A stretch of 64,000 bases of DNA from a virus. Position 1 is the first letter of the stretch; every line of letters starts with the position of its first letter. Shown piece by piece: positions 1 through 8,948 of this stretch. The translations under genes were made by a program, and so were the position numbers. Location of the stretch: positions 160,001-224,000 of the IMG/VR virus record IMGVR_UViG_3300045988_173726, one strand, 5' to 3'. The notes beneath the pieces are model-generated. The model was given only the letters and a program-made list of their open reading frames with translations. It made no database searches and was not told where the DNA came from.

Positions 1-2
1 AT

Positions 3-485
3 TTCGATGTTTACAAGCCGTTGACATTTGTAGACGGTCGGATATATCGGGAGAGCAAGGATATATTTATCACAGCGGGAAAGAATGACGCTATGGTAGT
101 TACAGAGCCAGTGTCGTTTATCCTAAGCGACATGCTACGGAGTCGTAATTTCGATGTAGTTATCGTTTACGACCGTTTACGGCAGAAAGAGGACTTGATA
201 ACTGGCATACAGGTCTTTAAGTATTATGTGGTTTCCAGTAGCAACGACTATAAGGGCTTAAAGGCAACGATACCAGACGCTCCAGACGAGTATATTATCG
301 GTCATCCGTATATTTCCGACAGGATTATCGGGTTAGGCGACATAGAGCGTAGGCTAATCAGCCAAGGAAAGGCGGCGGTCATGAGTAACTACTGCCGTTT
401 AACAAATGCCTGCGGGGATAAGGGAATTATTTTCAACGAGATATTAGACAGAATCAATGTAAACTTCATGAAACAGCGGGGTTAA
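3..485 (+). CDS. hypothetical protein, 5-prime end outside the window
   Basis: The frame is open from base 3 to TAA at 483-485. The track start at 21 is only an internal TTG. No motif recognised. Confidence 0.5.
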   Translation, partial: FDVYKPLTFVDGRIYRESKDIFITAGKNDAMVVTEPVSFILSDMLRSRNFDVVIVYDRLRQKEDLITGIQVFKYYVVSSSNDYKGLKATIPDAPDEYIIGHPYISDRIIGLGDIERRLISQGKAAVMSNYCRLTNACGDKGIIFNEILDRINVNFMKQRG

Positions 486-544
486 GGAGTTTACAGCAAG
501 TAAGACAAGGGATAGCGAGGATAAGGGATAGCGAGGTGGCGTAA

Positions 545-2695
545 ATGCTATTTGGGAAGAAGAAGCCGCGTAAGGGCTTAGAGAGTGGCGTAGATAAGAA
601 AGTAGCGGCTACGCCGCCCGCAAAGGTAGCGAGCAAGAAGAGTTTATCTGGGGCAAAGAAGAGCCGTAAGGGAACGAAGCTCGACATGTACGATATGATA
701 ATCGCGAATTTGTATTCGGGAAATTCAATCGTAGAGCCAGATACGGACTTAGATAAGACGCATATAGACATAGGGTTTAGTAATATTACTTCGGAGAAGT
801 ATATTATAAAGTATTTCATGATAAACTCACTTCCCGACTGGTTATCGCCGAATGTTCTGGATAAGATACGGATGGCGTGCTTAAAGAAGGGCGTTCGGAT
901 TAACTATTATATCTACGGAGAGCCGCACAAGATAAACTGGGATTCGCCAGAGATGAAGAACAGGATGCGGACATGGCGTAGGTATGCGCAGGAGGGAAAG
1001 GGCGGAGATGTCTTTGACTATCGTAACAGGCGCGATGAGGAGTTAGCCAAGCACAGAATCGTAGAATCGACCTCATACTTAAATGTTTCGGAGTTGGATA
1101 ACAAGCGAGAGCTACTAAAGGTAAGTTTAATGGTCGAGGTAGCGGGTCTTAGGGACGATGAGTCTATAGCAAACATGGGGGACTCGGTGCGGTTGTTAAA
1201 AGATATGTGCGCTCGGAACGAGATAGGAATTTTAGAGATTCGAGTAAACATGATAGACTGGCTACAGCAGTTAGGTATATTCAGTTTGCAAAGAATAAAA
1301 GAGGTTTATAAGCGCATCACGAAGAAGATATTGACGGACGATATTCTAGCCAACTTTAACAGCTATAAGCAGGGTAGAATCGGAAAGTCTGGTATACCGC
1401 TCGGAATCGACACAAGTTCTATGGCACCTGTCTTAAAGGAGTTCAAGGAGAACTCGTCTGATGCAGAGAATATTTTGATTTGCGGTACAAGTGGTAGCGG
1501 AAAGTCGATGTTTCTAAAAGTGTTGCTGACTTGGATGATGACAAAGTATGTCGTAACGGTTCTGGACTACGAGGGAGACGAGTATAGCAACCTAGAGTCG
1601 TTGGTTTATGCGGGGAATCCGAAGGATGCGATTCAAATTTCGATGGGAAGCGGAAGTACGGCGTATTTCGACCCGATGCAGATAGGCGATTTAACGGGGG
1701 ATGACAGGATAGACAACGACCTAAAGGACGATGCGGTTGAGTATATCATGGCGACATTCCGAACTATCATTGCGGGAACGGACGGAGAGCTAGGTACGCT
1801 AAAGACTTCGATAGTGAGTGAGGCGGTAAAGCGTGTTTATGAGGACGCGGGCGTAACGAACGATAAAGACACTTGGAAGCGGTCAAAGGGACTTCGTATT
1901 TCGATGGTGTATGAAGAGATAAAGGACATGGTTTTGTCGGAGGAATATCGAGATACGAACAGTGATGACGCAAAGCATAACGAGGCGAAGGATATACTGG
2001 AGTCTTGCAGGCAGTATTTTGAAGAGGGCGAGATAAGAGCAGGAACTTTTGCGAATCCGATAGACATAGATAGTCTTAGAAACTGTCGTTTAATCGTATT
2101 TAGCTTTGGACAGAAGGGTGCGGATGCGGAGAAGCAGGATAAGACGCAACTTGCTTTGAAGCAACTTTGCGTAGCGAATATCTCAACACAGATTTCAAAC
2201 TACTGCAAGTATGTTAGGAAGTGCTTTAATGTGAAGGTTTGGGAGGAGTATCAGCGTTGGGGCGAGATAGCGGGAAGTTCTTCTCTAATCGGAAATTGTA
2301 TGACTGGCGGTAGAAAGCGTGGAGAGATAAACTTTATCATCACGAACGACCTAAGTAACATGATAGACGAGAGTAATAAGATAAACGCGAAGTTATTGCA
2401 GAATCTAACAGGGTATATTATCGGTTCTATCAAGTCTAGGAGTGTTAGAGAGAAGTTTTGCGACATGTATAACATTCCAGAGATGAAAGCGCCGCTTGAG
2501 AAGATATATAAAGCCTCGTCAAAGAAGAGGACTAAGGGAGATAACACATACAGTTTATATCGTCACTCATTTTGCGTGATAATGGATAGCGGAGAGAAGG
2601 CGATAGTAAAGGCGATGTTGCCAGATGAGCTGTTAAACAGTAAGTTATTTAGGACAGGCGTAGATATAGAGGGAAATACAGGGTTTAAGCGATAA
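545..2695 (+). CDS. FtsK-HerA superfamily ATPase, VirB4/TraC/DUF87-like
   Basis: 716 aa. Walker A is ICGTSGSGKSMF. Later come VKVWEEYQRW (Walker B-like) and GGRKRGEINFIITNDLS, the pattern of VirB4/HerA-type ATPases. The N-terminus is lysine-rich. SD GAGGTGG lies before ATG 545. Confidence 0.6.
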   Translation: MLFGKKKPRKGLESGVDKKVAATPPAKVASKKSLSGAKKSRKGTKLDMYDMIIANLYSGNSIVEPDTDLDKTHIDIGFSNITSEKYIIKYFMINSLPDWLSPNVLDKIRMACLKKGVRINYYIYGEPHKINWDSPEMKNRMRTWRRYAQEGKGGDVFDYRNRRDEELAKHRIVESTSYLNVSELDNKRELLKVSLMVEVAGLRDDESIANMGDSVRLLKDMCARNEIGILEIRVNMIDWLQQLGIFSLQRIKEVYKRITKKILTDDILANFNSYKQGRIGKSGIPLGIDTSSMAPVLKEFKENSSDAENILICGTSGSGKSMFLKVLLTWMMTKYVVTVLDYEGDEYSNLESLVYAGNPKDAIQISMGSGSTAYFDPMQIGDLTGDDRIDNDLKDDAVEYIMATFRTIIAGTDGELGTLKTSIVSEAVKRVYEDAGVTNDKDTWKRSKGLRISMVYEEIKDMVLSEEYRDTNSDDAKHNEAKDILESCRQYFEEGEIRAGTFANPIDIDSLRNCRLIVFSFGQKGADAEKQDKTQLALKQLCVANISTQISNYCKYVRKCFNVKVWEEYQRWGEIAGSSSLIGNCMTGGRKRGEINFIITNDLSNMIDESNKINAKLLQNLTGYIIGSIKSRSVREKFCDMYNIPEMKAPLEKIYKASSKKRTKGDNTYSLYRHSFCVIMDSGEKAIVKAMLPDELLNSKLFRTGVDIEGNTGFKR

Positions 2696-2707
2696 GAGGA
2701 GGGTAGT

Positions 2708-2851
2708 ATGTATATACTGTTGTATTTGATAGCGTTGCCCGTCATTTACATAGCGACCTTCCGAAACGATTTTGATAAAGAGGTCATGAGTCGGGCATAT
2801 CCGTTTATTTTTCTTTGTAGCGTGATAATGCTCGTGATGTTGTTTGTGTAA
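2708..2851 (+). CDS. small hydrophobic protein (47 aa, two predicted TM helices), not in the ORF track
   Basis: ATG 2708 is preceded by the strong SD AGGAGGG. Translation is MYILLYLIALPVIYIATFRNDFDKEVMSRAYPFIFLCSVIMLVMLFV, with stop TAA at 2849-2851. It fills the gap between the two ATPase genes. Confidence 0.5.
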   Translation: MYILLYLIALPVIYIATFRNDFDKEVMSRAYPFIFLCSVIMLVMLFV

Positions 2852-2865
2852 GGGGGTGAGGGAGC

Positions 2866-5139
2866 TTGGGAGCGGAGCAGGACATATTAGAGGCTAGGAA
2901 TCAAGGCGGTATGGCAGACGGGTTTTCGGATAGCGAGAGTTTAGATGATTTGTTCGGAGATTTCGGTGATTTAGGGGGAGATAGCGGAAACGGGTCGGGA
3001 GACGGGAACAGTAGCTTTGGGCTTGACGATTTAACGGGGCTTGATAGCTCTGGCGGTATTTTTACAGACCCAAACGGAAACGCAGGAAACGCGGGAGTCC
3101 CGCAGTATGGCGGGTTTAATAACGGACAGCCAGCGGGGAAAGTCGAGGGGGACAGGTTCGATAAAGTCTTAGACGCAACGATGGACGGTGCGGTAGGGAC
3201 TTTTGAGGTCATAAAGGTTTTGGTCGGAAGTATCGGGAGCAGGAATGCAGACGATATAGGGAGTTACAGCCTAAATCTCTTAAAGACGGGCGGGGTGTTT
3301 ATCGTATTTTCGCTGGTTGCTACGATAGGCGGCGTAGTAAGCGGGTTAGGGCTTCTAAGATTTATGGGTATGCCGTTTAAGATGCTAACGAGCGGGATAT
3401 TGCTAACAGGGACTTCGTTTCTCGGGTTAAGCGGAGCGGCGATAAAGCTAATGGGCGGTAAGGACTTGCCGACATTTGAAGAGGATGCCGCGAATCTGCC
3501 AGATATAGACAGTAATGTAGGGGAAGCAAGTAGCGCGGGAAGTGCCGAGGAAGAGGCAGATGAGTTGTTTGGCGGTCTTGACTTTGGGGATGACGATGAG
3601 GAAGAGGACTCGGACAGCGAGTTTAGCTTCAGGGACGACAGAGAGGATACGGTAGCAAGCGCTCATGCGGAGTCCGAGGGCAGTTTATTTGACAGGCTCA
3701 TGCGTAGTGGGGACAGTAAAGAGAGTGCAGGGAGCTTAGAGAGTGTACCAGAGAATGTGCCGATGATAACTCGGGAGTTCCTAGTAAAGACATTCAAGCC
3801 GTTCTTTAAGCCGAATAATCCAGATTTTACGAAGGTAAGGACATACGGTTCGGACGATGCAAAGTTTCGGGAAGCGGAGACAGCTATCGTATCGGCGTAT
3901 GCGTCAGCGGCGGGCAGGGACATAGCAGAGATAGCGAGCAGTGTTTATCTAGGGTCTTTTGAGGAGACTTTGTATTGCTACAAGTTTTCGGTAAAGCGCG
4001 TTCCGAAGGTTAGGGTGACAGAGAGTTCGTTGTCGGACGAGATACGGGCATATTTTGTAAATTTTGATACAGCAGAGAAGCGAGACATAGCAGAGATAAC
4101 GACTTCGGTAACGAAGAACGCGGATATGTATGACATAACGGTATCTAGGTCAGCAAAGGCGGGGGTTGTAACGCTTGGAGACTGTTTAGAGGAGAGCGAC
4201 ATCTATAACTACTTCGTAGACGAGGGGCATAAGTTGCCTATCATTTCGGGTATAGACGAGTATGGAGTGCCTGTAAAGTCGGATGGCAAGATTTACGAGT
4301 CGTTTCTGATAGCTGGTAAGCCGCGTTCTGGTAAGTCGTGGACGGTAAACAGCTTAGTTATGCAGTTGCAAGTCTTTAATTTGCCAGAGGATGTGCAGTT
4401 TTTGTATATCGACCCGAAGGACTCATATCTTTTCAAGTGTTTATCGTATATGCCGCATTGTTGTGGGTTGCATAATCACAAGAGAGCGATGGAGATATTG
4501 GATGACATAGTAAACAAGGAGTCTCCGAGGCGTGCGAGGATATTGCAGGACAATCAGTGTGACACGATATGGGATTTGAGGGCAAAGGGAATCAAGATAC
4601 CGATTCTTTATATCGTGATAGACGAGTTTATGACAGTGGTAGACTACTATTCCGACAGGATTGGCGAGTTTAACGGCTTGGTTAAGCAGATATTAACACG
4701 GCTTCCGTCTCAAGGTATTCGTTTAATCTTCGTGCCGCATAGAGCGCAGGGCGTGGTAGATAAAACGATACGGTCAAATTTAAGCTATGTCGCGGCGGTA
4801 AAGGCAGACGATGAGGTAGTAAAAGAGACGCTTGACATCAAGAAGTGGAGTAGGAGGCTTGTGTCGGCGGGTGATACAGCGTTAAAGTTGTCGGATAAGA
4901 CTTTGTATGTGAAAGGCATTGCGATAGCTACGGATGACAACGAGAATACGAAGCTAATCAAGGAGATAAGCAAAGCGTTTTACAAGATGCGGGTAGAAGT
5001 TCCCGATATGTCAACAATAGGAATCGGGTATAACAGAGACGAGGGCGACATACAGGAGGCTTTGCGGGTAGATAGCGGAACTTCGACCTCGGTGCAGTAC
5101 GATGTGAACAGGGTATTGCAGGATTTAAGCCACTTATGA
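2866..5139 (+). CDS. membrane-anchored FtsK/SpoIIIE-family DNA-translocase-like ATPase
   Basis: 757 aa. The N-terminus is G/D/N-rich low complexity. Hydrophobic helices include GGVFIVFSLVATIGGVVSGLGLL and LTSGILLTGTSFLGLSGAAIKL, followed by an acidic linker. The C-terminal motor has Walker A IAGKPRSGKSW and Walker B ILYIVIDEF. Start TTG 2866 is uncertain (ATG 2911 is the alternative). Confidence 0.7.
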   Translation: MGAEQDILEARNQGGMADGFSDSESLDDLFGDFGDLGGDSGNGSGDGNSSFGLDDLTGLDSSGGIFTDPNGNAGNAGVPQYGGFNNGQPAGKVEGDRFDKVLDATMDGAVGTFEVIKVLVGSIGSRNADDIGSYSLNLLKTGGVFIVFSLVATIGGVVSGLGLLRFMGMPFKMLTSGILLTGTSFLGLSGAAIKLMGGKDLPTFEEDAANLPDIDSNVGEASSAGSAEEEADELFGGLDFGDDDEEEDSDSEFSFRDDREDTVASAHAESEGSLFDRLMRSGDSKESAGSLESVPENVPMITREFLVKTFKPFFKPNNPDFTKVRTYGSDDAKFREAETAIVSAYASAAGRDIAEIASSVYLGSFEETLYCYKFSVKRVPKVRVTESSLSDEIRAYFVNFDTAEKRDIAEITTSVTKNADMYDITVSRSAKAGVVTLGDCLEESDIYNYFVDEGHKLPIISGIDEYGVPVKSDGKIYESFLIAGKPRSGKSWTVNSLVMQLQVFNLPEDVQFLYIDPKDSYLFKCLSYMPHCCGLHNHKRAMEILDDIVNKESPRRARILQDNQCDTIWDLRAKGIKIPILYIVIDEFMTVVDYYSDRIGEFNGLVKQILTRLPSQGIRLIFVPHRAQGVVDKTIRSNLSYVAAVKADDEVVKETLDIKKWSRRLVSAGDTALKLSDKTLYVKGIAIATDDNENTKLIKEISKAFYKMRVEVPDMSTIGIGYNRDEGDIQEALRVDSGTSTSVQYDVNRVLQDLSHL

Positions 5140-5161
5140 GAAAAGTAGAGAGGGTATAGAA

Positions 5162-6424
5162 ATGATGAGAAGAGATGATGAGATTAGAATTGGCGGTCGG
5201 TTAAGCAGATTTGGGCATGGAAGCCGAGAGGATAGGCGTTTATCGTTGCGGGAGCGGGAATCGTTGCGGCGAAAGGCGCGGGAAGCGGAGTACGAGGACG
5301 AAGAAGAAGAGGAAGAGGATGAAGAAGAGGACGAAGATTATGACGGGGATGAAGATGAAGAAGATGACGATGAGGACGAAGATTATGACGGGGACGATGA
5401 CGAGGAGGATGAGGATGAAGATGAATTAGACGAGGAGGATGAGGACGATGATGAAGATGACGAGGATTATGACGGGGACGATGATGAGGACGAAGATGAA
5501 GATGATGACGAGGAAGATGGGGACGAGGATTCATACGAACCCTCGCCCGCACCGAGTAAACCAGTAAGCAGTTCTGACGATAGAGATGCGTTTATTGCCG
5601 CGTATTTAGCGGAGAAAGAGCGTGAGCTTGCCTTAGAGCGTGAAGCGACAGAGAGAGCCGAGAAAGAGGAGCGAGAGAGGCAGGAGAGGGAAGAGAGAGC
5701 GCGGAGAGAAGAACAGGCAAGGGTACAAGCCGAGGAAGAAGAGCAAGCTAGGCGAGCAGAGAAAGCGGAGATAGCGAGGCGGGCTAGAGAAGCCGAGGAC
5801 AGGGCTAGTCGAGCGGAAGATAGGCTAGGACGCACGAGAGCGCCGTTTAACGGCACGGAAGGCTATCGAGGCATAGAGGATAGCCTAGATAGGGTAAGCC
5901 CTGTTTCTGGGCGTTCTGGTGGCTCACAGAGGGAAAGTTATACGGAAAGAGAGCCTGTCCTTTCAGAGTCCGATAGAGCGCTACGGGAGAGGGAGCTTGC
6001 CCTAAAGGAGCGAGAGATAGCGTTAAAGGAGCGGGAACTGGCTCTAAGGGAGAGAGAGCAACAGCTAAAGTCTACAGGGGGTCATAGTGGTAAAAGTAAC
6101 AGCGTAGCCCCTGCAAGCTATACGACACGGGTTATAAACGGTAAAACGGTCAAGGTAAAAGATACCAGTAAAAAGGTTTCAAAACCTATCGAAGAACCCG
6201 TTGCCTTATCACAGGATAATCGTTCTAAGCGATACGAAGGTCTTTCAGACGAAAGCCTTATGAAAGAGGTGACTGCGTTTATGCTCCGATACGGTGTTAA
6301 GAAGCACGGGATTCCTTACGAGTTAATGGCGGAGGAGTTTGGGGCTGGGCTAATTGCGAAGCTCATCATACGGGGTCATTTAGTTAGGCTTGGCGATTCT
6401 ACGCTAACTTGTGGAAATAACTGA
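5162..6424 (+). CDS. hyper-acidic D/E-repeat protein with an E/R/A-rich coiled-coil segment
   Basis: 420 aa. Residues about 45-125 are almost only D/E, with a recurring DYDGD unit. Next come ERxxRE-type and RELALKERE repeats, then a globular C-terminal roughly 70 aa. SD GAGAGGG lies before the ATG. Confidence 0.6.
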   Translation: MMRRDDEIRIGGRLSRFGHGSREDRRLSLRERESLRRKAREAEYEDEEEEEEDEEEDEDYDGDEDEEDDDEDEDYDGDDDEEDEDEDELDEEDEDDDEDDEDYDGDDDEDEDEDDDEEDGDEDSYEPSPAPSKPVSSSDDRDAFIAAYLAEKERELALEREATERAEKEERERQEREERARREEQARVQAEEEEQARRAEKAEIARRAREAEDRASRAEDRLGRTRAPFNGTEGYRGIEDSLDRVSPVSGRSGGSQRESYTEREPVLSESDRALRERELALKEREIALKERELALREREQQLKSTGGHSGKSNSVAPASYTTRVINGKTVKVKDTSKKVSKPIEEPVALSQDNRSKRYEGLSDESLMKEVTAFMLRYGVKKHGIPYELMAEEFGAGLIAKLIIRGHLVRLGDSTLTCGNN

Positions 6425-6440
6425 AAAGAGAGGGAAAGTA

Positions 6441-8831
6441 ATGCAGAAGCGTAAGTACAGGAGACTGGCTGGCGTGCTTGGTGTTGGTTTATCAGTGACA
6501 TTCGTGTTTACGGGTTGTGGTAAAAAGTATGACTACTCAAAGATTCCGTATGCGAAGATGCTGACAAGGCAGGAAGTGATAGATGACTATGCAAAGTCTT
6601 TAAGCTATAAGTCAATCGCGGAGAAGGGTGTTAGTAAGACAAAAATCCAGTGGAATGAAGTCCCGTCCAGTATTACGGAGAAGCTGTGGACAAAGACACA
6701 GCAGATTATCGAGACAAATCAGTTAAATGCGGGCTATGAGGACGATATGTCCGTTGCTGTGCATGACTATGTGAAGTTACTGCTGGATGATTTGGTTTTA
6801 ACGAAGCCAGACGGCGGTAATTACACTTATACAGAGGCAGAGAATAACGGCTACTACTTTGTAACGGTTAATTTCGGCACGAAGTTAAACGGGCAGGGTA
6901 CTTTCAAGGACGCGGCGAATTATCTCGGTATAGACGGGTTTATCATTTCGGATGCAAACGGAAATCCTGTGCTAAATAAGGAGTTTGTGGACGGCGCTTA
7001 TGGTATGTCGAAGGTAAACGCGGCTAGAAGCGCGGCGAGATTAACACCGTATACGATATTTGCGGATGCGAACTTAACATACGCGCCGCAGACGCAGACG
7101 GTAGTAGCGCAGGATACGCCTACAACGGATGCAGAGGGTAATGCAATAGTCAGTACGGATATAGGCGGCGGTAGCGAGGCGACAACGGGTAGTACAGAGG
7201 GTGAGAGCGCGGCAACGGATAATAGCGGTAACGGCGTAGGTTTATCGGACGATAGCTCGGATGATAACTCGGGTTACAGCTATAGCGGTGGCACAGAGAC
7301 AGCGGGCTATAATAATCTGTTTGCAAATACGATAAGACAGGTCGAGTATGACAATAAGTATATCAATAGCGTGATAGGCTCTTCGACTACAGGAATACCT
7401 GTCGTCCCGCCAGTCGGAATGGTTTATAACCCTGTGGAGACGAACGGGGAGCTTTCTGGGTACGGAATCTTTAACGAGGGAAGTTACGGTTTAAGGGATT
7501 TCGGGTATGCGAGAGAGGCTTACGACACGGGGAAGATTAGTTTAACTTTCGTGTTTAAGCAGAATGCAGACGATAGAGACAAGTTTGACTACAAGTATTG
7601 CTATATTAACAACTACGAAACGAACATCGAAATGAAGGATAGCGGAGTTACGCTGTCGGATGATATTAACACGCAGTTAGACCAGACGATAGAGCGCATA
7701 GATAGAGCGTTTTGTAATGAGGATATAGCAGGCTTAATGAATAAGTCAAACATTGAGCCGTCAGACCTCGGTATCCGTTTAGCGGAGCTTAGGACTTCGA
7801 GCAATATTTTGACTTTTTCAACGCATAGGGTAAAGACGCTAGCGCGTAAGGGAAAGCAGTATTTGGTAGAGCTTGAGCGGACGACAGAGGAGAGCGCGAA
7901 GGGCTTTGGAAATACGGCGAAGTATAAGGACAAGTATTACGCGGTGATACGGCAGAACGGAACGGATTTCGTGTTAAACGACATCGTGTGGGTAAGTAGA
8001 GAGCTACTAAGAATCCCAGAGCCAGAGGCAGATGACGCAATCACGAGGCGTTTAACTTCTCTAAACCTTGCGGGAGCGGTAGACGAGAGCGTAAAGCCAG
8101 CAATCAATCAGCTTCTAAACAGAGTTTATAACGCGACAAACAATGTCGGCTACTACACGCAGTACGATAAGAACGGAAATGTCGTGGTAGACAACGGAAT
8201 CCCGATGTATGGCTTAGACGACCAGTTTGACAGCAACAAGGAGCTGTTAAAGTCGGCTAGGAAAGAGTATTTAGAGTCGCAGATAGTGAATCGTGCGCAG
8301 TCGCATATGAATTCTTCGGAGTGCGTGCTAAAGGGCAAGGTAGTGAGCTGGATAGACGGTTACAGCGACCAAGTTGAGCTTACGACCGAGGAGTTTTACG
8401 ACTTTAGCAAGATTAAGAAGGGTATATATGTAAAGAACTACTATCTTGTGAGCCATTACGGTAATCGGTGGGTGATTGACGATATTGTTCCTATCGAGGA
8501 GAAAGAGGTAGAGAGCAACGAGTACGAGGAGAAGGTAAGTCTTTTCAGTAATGTAGATAACAAGGTCGAGATAATTGCTACGGATAAAGCGGTAGAAGAG
8601 GATAATAGCAGTAAGAGCGAGTCTGCTACCGAGAAATCAGATAAGAAGCGTGGCAAAGACGCGACCGAGGCAGAGAGTAAGAAGGCTACGACCGAGGGAA
8701 AGAGTAGAGTCGAGACTTCGGTAACGGGAGCGGATAGCGAGACGAGTGAGGGCTTAAAGCGGGATGCCAGAGAAGTAACGACTGTGGAGAGCAGTTTATC
8801 TGGAAGCGAAGCGGAGAGTGAGACAAACTAA
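6441..8831 (+). CDS. large secreted lipoprotein
   Basis: Start moved to ATG 6441 (SD GAGAGGGAAAG). The signal peptide MQKRKYRRLAGVLGVGLSVTFVFTGC carries a lipobox cysteine. The C-terminus is S/T/E-rich. Confidence 0.7.
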   Translation: MQKRKYRRLAGVLGVGLSVTFVFTGCGKKYDYSKIPYAKMLTRQEVIDDYAKSLSYKSIAEKGVSKTKIQWNEVPSSITEKLWTKTQQIIETNQLNAGYEDDMSVAVHDYVKLLLDDLVLTKPDGGNYTYTEAENNGYYFVTVNFGTKLNGQGTFKDAANYLGIDGFIISDANGNPVLNKEFVDGAYGMSKVNAARSAARLTPYTIFADANLTYAPQTQTVVAQDTPTTDAEGNAIVSTDIGGGSEATTGSTEGESAATDNSGNGVGLSDDSSDDNSGYSYSGGTETAGYNNLFANTIRQVEYDNKYINSVIGSSTTGIPVVPPVGMVYNPVETNGELSGYGIFNEGSYGLRDFGYAREAYDTGKISLTFVFKQNADDRDKFDYKYCYINNYETNIEMKDSGVTLSDDINTQLDQTIERIDRAFCNEDIAGLMNKSNIEPSDLGIRLAELRTSSNILTFSTHRVKTLARKGKQYLVELERTTEESAKGFGNTAKYKDKYYAVIRQNGTDFVLNDIVWVSRELLRIPEPEADDAITRRLTSLNLAGAVDESVKPAINQLLNRVYNATNNVGYYTQYDKNGNVVVDNGIPMYGLDDQFDSNKELLKSARKEYLESQIVNRAQSHMNSSECVLKGKVVSWIDGYSDQVELTTEEFYDFSKIKKGIYVKNYYLVSHYGNRWVIDDIVPIEEKEVESNEYEEKVSLFSNVDNKVEIIATDKAVEEDNSSKSESATEKSDKKRGKDATEAESKKATTEGKSRVETSVTGADSETSEGLKRDAREVTTVESSLSGSEAESETN

Positions 8832-8843
8832 GTAAATGCGCGG

Positions 8844-8892
8844 TACAAGTTGCAATCTTAGCAGTAAAAAGATTGCAACTTGTATTTATTTA
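8844..8892 (+). terminator. rho-independent terminator
   Basis: Perfect 16 bp stem tacaagttgcaatctt / aagattgcaacttgta with a 9 nt loop, followed by TTTATTT. Confidence 0.8.
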
Positions 8893-8901
8893 CGGTATAA
8901 T
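8873..8901 (+). promoter_or_regulatory. sigma-A type promoter
   Basis: TTGCAA (8873-8878), a 17 nt spacer, then TATAAT (8896-8901). It overlaps the 3-prime arm of the terminator and lies upstream of the SNF2 gene. Confidence 0.5.
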
Positions 8902-8948
8902 ATAGCTTAAATGGGGCTTGTAGGATTAGCTATGGGAGGTGTAAAGCG

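Noticed and set aside
5184-5552. ORFs 5184-5552 (-), 5211-5429 (+) and 5467-5856 (-) overlapping the acidic repeat gene
   Set aside because: They are artefacts of GAn/GAT/GAG repeat DNA being open in several frames. Their translations are H/P/R or K/M/T low-complexity strings.
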